Shown piece after piece: positions 7,037 through 9,906 of a stretch of 9,906 bases of DNA. Source of the stretch: a virus. Lineage: Duplodnaviria > Heunggongvirae > Uroviricota > Caudoviricetes. How positions within the stretch are numbered: position 1 is the first letter of the stretch; each line of letters opens with the position of its first letter. The translations under genes and the position numbers were made by a program. The stretch lies in IMG/VR virus record IMGVR_UViG_2563366903_000019; one strand, 5' to 3'. Below the pieces are notes generated by a model that was not told the DNA's origin, ran no database searches, and saw only the letters and a program-made list of their open reading frames with translations.

Positions 7037-8091
7037 TGACAGTAAAAGCAATAGCACTTAACACTAACCAGCTTTTTGCGTACCTGAATCGCGAGGATAT
7101 TGCGGAATTTAAATTCAGTCCGCTGTTTACCGCGCTGTTTTTCCCGAACGTGGCGACATTCAACACACAGGACATCATGTTAGATAACCTGGATATTGAA
7201 GAAGTCACTATGTCGGCGTTTTGTTCGCCTATGGTGGGTAGCCAGGTTCAGCGCGATAAAGGGTACGAAACAAGCATTATTCGCCCTGGCTACATGAAGC
7301 CAAAACACGAAATCGATCCATTAAAAACAATAATGCGCATGGCTGGAGAAGATCCAGCACAGCTTAACGACCCTACCTACCGCCGTATGCGCCTGATTAC
7401 TGGCAACATGCGCCGCCAGATAAACGCCATTAAAGCGCGCGTGGAATGGCTGGCGGTGAATGCGATAACGACCGGAAAAAACATCATTGAGGGCGAAGGC
7501 ATAGAACGCTATGAAATCGACTGGAAGATCCCAAGTAAAAATATCGCCAGACAGGGACATGGCAAAAAGTGGTCAGAGGCAGATAAGGAAACACACGATC
7601 CAATCTATGACATCGAGCTTTATGCTGATCAGGCTGGTTGCCCCGCAAACGTCATGATTATGGGCGCTGAGGTATGGCGAACGTTACGCAGCTTTAAAAA
7701 ATTCCGTGAGCTGTACGATCTTTCCCGTGGTTCAGAGTCCGCCGCAGAGCTGGCCTGTAAAAACCTGGGCGAAGTGGTGAGCTTTAAAGGCTATCTGGGC
7801 GATATTGCCCTTATCGTCTATTCCGGCAAATACGCCGACAGCGACGGCACAGAAAAATATTTCCTTGAGCCTGATTTGCTTGTCCTGGGCAACACCAACA
7901 ATAAAGGGCTGGTGGCCTATGGTGCGATTATGGATCAGGACGCAGTAAGAACGGGGGCAACGCAAAACATGTACTACCCGAAAAACTGGATTGAGGACGG
8001 AGATCCGGCGATTGAGTACGTGCAGACGCACAGCGCACCGCAGCCGGTTCCGGCAGATATTCGCAAATTTGTTACTGTCAAAATTGCTTAA
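7036..8091 (+). CDS. Major capsid protein, lambda gpE family (HK97 fold)
   Basis: 351-aa product aligns by eye with lambda gpE as recalled: FKFSPLFTALFF vs FKFDPLFLRLFF, PGYMKPKHEIDP vs PGYVKPKHEVNP, EDPAQLNDPTYRRMRLITGNMR vs EDPQNLADPAYRRRRIIMQNMR, YPKNWIEDGDPAIEYVQTHSAP vs YPKNWVTTGDPAREFTMIQSAP. Confidence 0.9.
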   Translation: MTVKAIALNTNQLFAYLNREDIAEFKFSPLFTALFFPNVATFNTQDIMLDNLDIEEVTMSAFCSPMVGSQVQRDKGYETSIIRPGYMKPKHEIDPLKTIMRMAGEDPAQLNDPTYRRMRLITGNMRRQINAIKARVEWLAVNAITTGKNIIEGEGIERYEIDWKIPSKNIARQGHGKKWSEADKETHDPIYDIELYADQAGCPANVMIMGAEVWRTLRSFKKFRELYDLSRGSESAAELACKNLGEVVSFKGYLGDIALIVYSGKYADSDGTEKYFLEPDLLVLGNTNNKGLVAYGAIMDQDAVRTGATQNMYYPKNWIEDGDPAIEYVQTHSAPQPVPADIRKFVTVKIA

Positions 8092-8102
8092 CGGGGGATT
8101 CT

Positions 8103-8438
8103 ATGGACACTCCATACATTGAGTTATTTGCAGGCAGTCAGCAGGTCGCCACGACGCTGGTACATTTTGCCGCTGATGCTGGCGTTATCCAGGAATTTAC
8201 CCCGCTGATGCTGGCGGACAATGGCGAGTTTAAGCCGTGGGATGGTCAGGAATCTGGCAAGGCTGTTTATCTGACTTCGTACCCCGTGGACACGTCAAAG
8301 CAGAAATCAGCACAGTGTTACAAGACGGGGATATTTAATATCGCCGCCGTAAACTGGCCTGAGAGCGCCGACACTGACGCGAAAAAATGCGCCGCCTTTG
8401 CGGGTTCTGGCGTATCCGTTCAGCCGCTGGCGCGATAA
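8103..8438 (+). CDS. Head decoration protein, lambda gpD-like
   Basis: 111-aa product with TPLMLADNGEFKPWDG and CYKTGIFNIAAVNWPESADTDAKKCAAFAGSGVSV, matching lambda gpD (TPLMLDTSSRKLVAWDG ... [36 protein letters not shown]). SD ACGGGGGA upstream. Confidence 0.85.
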   Translation: MDTPYIELFAGSQQVATTLVHFAADAGVIQEFTPLMLADNGEFKPWDGQESGKAVYLTSYPVDTSKQKSAQCYKTGIFNIAAVNWPESADTDAKKCAAFAGSGVSVQPLAR

Positions 8439-8450
8439 GCAGGGGAAACG

Positions 8451-8864
8451 ATGGCAACGAATGAAAGCATCATGGCGCTACCGCTGGCGAGTAAATTTAA
8501 AGCAGAAGCGCGGGCAATGGCTGACAGAGGTTTATCAACCTACGAGGCCGTATATCAACTCAACAAACTGGAAGAACAGGACAAGCCGCGCGCTGATGCG
8601 ATTATGGCGCTTCATGAACATAACGACTATCAGCCGCTGTTACGTGCAATGGCAAACGTGCCATGTATTAGCGTCGATAATGCTCGTGAAATCCTGAACA
8701 TGACCATAGAGCAGGAGCGCCCAAAGGTTGCACCAGAGCTTACCGCAGCCTTTGAAAACTTTATGGACATGCACAGCCCGCAAGCCGTATCAGCTGGCAT
8801 GGCGTACGATGGCAGAAACCAGGGCGATGACGGCGACATCGATCGCATGCTGAAAACCATCTGA
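8451..8864 (+). CDS. Hypothetical protein (137 aa), last gene of capsid operon
   Basis: ORF with AGGGGA 4 nt upstream, followed directly by a terminator; acidic C-terminus; occupies the position lambda gives to FI but shows no similarity to it that I can see. Confidence 0.6.
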   Translation: MATNESIMALPLASKFKAEARAMADRGLSTYEAVYQLNKLEEQDKPRADAIMALHEHNDYQPLLRAMANVPCISVDNAREILNMTIEQERPKVAPELTAAFENFMDMHSPQAVSAGMAYDGRNQGDDGDIDRMLKTI

Positions 8865-8868
8865 GACA

Positions 8869-8894
8869 AGGCCGGAGAAATCCGGCTTTTTTTT
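8869..8894 (+). terminator. Rho-independent terminator
   Basis: Stem GCCGGA / TCCGGC with loop GAAA, followed by T8; nearly identical in sequence to the terminator at 6595-6618. Confidence 0.65.
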
Positions 8895-8960
8895 ACGGGT
8901 CCTTTCCGGCATATGGACCCGTTACGGGGCGGCGACCTCGCGGTTTTTCGCTATTTATGA
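8895..8960. other. cos site: lambda-like cosQ-cosN core (cosN GGGCGGCGACCT at 8927-8938)
   Basis: ACGGGTCCTTTCCGG ... GTTACG GGGCGGCGACCT CGCGGTTTTTCGCTATTTATGA; the last 33 nt match the left end of lambda (GGGCGGCGACCTCGCGGGTTTTCGCTATTTATGA) at 32/33 from memory, and the upstream part resembles the lambda right end. Confidence 0.75.
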
Positions 8961-9031
8961 GCCTTTTCAGGGGGGGGTGGTGGTTTTGTTGTTTGCTCTA
9001 TCTTTATGAATGAAAAGGGAAAGATGCAAAC

Positions 9032-9069
9032 AATACACCAACCTGAAGCAGTAATTAAGTTGGTGTATT
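9032..9069. promoter_or_regulatory. 11-bp perfect inverted repeat in cosB-equivalent region (candidate TerS binding site or 5' hairpin)
   Basis: AATACACCAAC (9032-9042) and GTTGGTGTATT (9059-9069) separated by 16 nt, abutting the ATG at 9071. Confidence 0.4.
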
Positions 9070-9070
9070 A

Positions 9071-9613
9071 ATGAAATCGCACCTGATGAACAAAAAAAAC
9101 ATGGCGAAAAGCTGCCGTGTAAGTGCGACAGCGTTCGACAAGTGGGGAGTGACTCCCGTTGAACGTAAAGGCCGTGAGGCGTTTTACGATGTTGCCAGCG
9201 TGATAGACAATAGGGTTAACAATGCAATTAGCCAGCTTACAAACGACAAAGGCGATATTGATGATGATGAACTCTTACGAGTCAGGATCAGATTACTGAC
9301 AGCACAGGCGGAGGCGCAGGAACTTAAAAACGAGCGCGATCGCGGTGACGTGATCGATACTGAGTTTTGCCTGTACGCGCTTTCAAAGCTGGCGAGTCAG
9401 ATTTCATCAATCATGGACAGCCTCCCGCTTACTATGCAAAGGAGCTTCCCACAGATTACCCCCGCCATGCTGGATAGGCTTAAAAGGGAAGTGGTTAAAG
9501 CCTGTAATGCCAGTGCCAGAGTTGCCGACAACCTCCCACAGATACTGGCTGATTACTTGAAAGAAACAACCGGAAACGTACCGGAAAAGTTGCAGCCGAA
9601 TAAAGATAAGTAA
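9071..9613 (+). CDS. Terminase small subunit, lambda Nu1-like
   Basis: C-terminal two-thirds align with lambda Nu1 as recalled: LLTAQAEAQELKNERDRGDVIDTEFCLYALSKLASQISSIMDSLPLTMQRSFP vs LTRAQADAQELKNARDSAEVVETAFCTFVLSRIAGEIASILDGLPLSVQRRFP. The N-terminal HTH region is divergent. Alternative start at ATG 9086 (MNKKN..., matching Nu1 MEVNKK...). Confidence 0.85.
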   Translation: MKSHLMNKKNMAKSCRVSATAFDKWGVTPVERKGREAFYDVASVIDNRVNNAISQLTNDKGDIDDDELLRVRIRLLTAQAEAQELKNERDRGDVIDTEFCLYALSKLASQISSIMDSLPLTMQRSFPQITPAMLDRLKREVVKACNASARVADNLPQILADYLKETTGNVPEKLQPNKDK

Positions 9614-9624
9614 CGTAGTACGCT

Positions 9625-9906
9625 ATGACTGAATCCGAAATACTGCGATTAATCCGCCGCGTCTCTGGAATCAGCCAGCAGGCTGACGAACAGACCACGC
9701 AGCCGGACAGCGTGACAGCCGAAAACTATGCGCGTGTTGTTGCTGAGGTGATGCGCCGTGATGGTATAGAACTTAATGGCGTGGATATGCGCAACATACG
9801 AACCAGAGTTCTTGAGTTGCTGGCCTACCGTCGCCGCGTGGAGATGTATCGGGAGAAGGAGAAAATAACGTACCACTGGAAGAAGCCGGAGCGGTTGCGG
9901 CGGTAA
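9625..9906 (+). CDS. Hypothetical protein (93 aa) downstream of terS
   Basis: Complete ORF ending at the window edge, 11 nt after the terS stop; weak SD; Arg-rich C-terminus; not similar to the lambda gpA N-terminus as I recall it. Confidence 0.5.
   Translation: MTESEILRLIRRVSGISQQADEQTTQPDSVTAENYARVVAEVMRRDGIELNGVDMRNIRTRVLELLAYRRRVEMYREKEKITYHWKKPERLRR

Larger units (their letters stand above)
1..9906 (+). mobile_element. Phage satellite / PICI-like integrative element (partial; attachment sites not in window)
   Basis: Co-linear int, alpA, primase, iteron ori, SSB, capsid and terS-with-cos modules on one strand; no portal, large terminase or tail genes present. Confidence 0.7.

Noticed and set aside
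7321-8031. Minus-strand ORFs inside the capsid gene, and + ORF 8398-8697
   Set aside because: They overlap strongly supported structural genes in other frames.
6830-9906. Defective lambda prophage remnant
   Set aside because: Gene order is not lambda-like (E before D, TerS after the head genes, no A, W, B, C or Nu3), protein divergence is substantial, and the module sits behind an int-alpA-primase-iteron backbone. A satellite is the better fit, though flanking sequence is needed.
1-9906. Recognisable anti-phage defence system (restriction, abortive infection, toxin-antitoxin, retron, CBASS and similar)
   Set aside because: I see no nuclease, methyltransferase, reverse transcriptase, cyclase or classic toxin motifs. 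The only candidates are the unannotatable small genes flagged in the findings.

Overview
This 9.9-kb window reads as most of a phage satellite (a PICI-like phage-inducible chromosomal island) from an enterobacterium, with almost every gene on the + strand. In order: a P4-type tyrosine integrase (1-1239), an AT-rich control region, an AlpA-family regulator, a small antisense RHH-like gene flanked by twin palindromes, a translationally coupled operon of small genes ending in a ~707-aa primase/helicase-like replication protein, an iteron origin (about 11 copies of RTAACCCGCA), an SSB and a PerC-like regulator. A morphogenesis and packaging module follows, with clear lambda relatives: a gpE-like major capsid protein, a gpD-like decoration protein, a cos site whose cosQ-cosN core matches lambda almost base for base, and a Nu1-like small terminase. 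No portal, protease, scaffold, large terminase or tail gene is in the window. The most interesting reading is therefore a satellite that depends on a lambdoid cos helper phage while supplying its own shell proteins and its own TerS/cosB specificity. All homology calls rest on motifs and on reference sequences recalled from memory; no database search or alignment was run, and I cannot judge from sequence alone whether this arrangement is already described.
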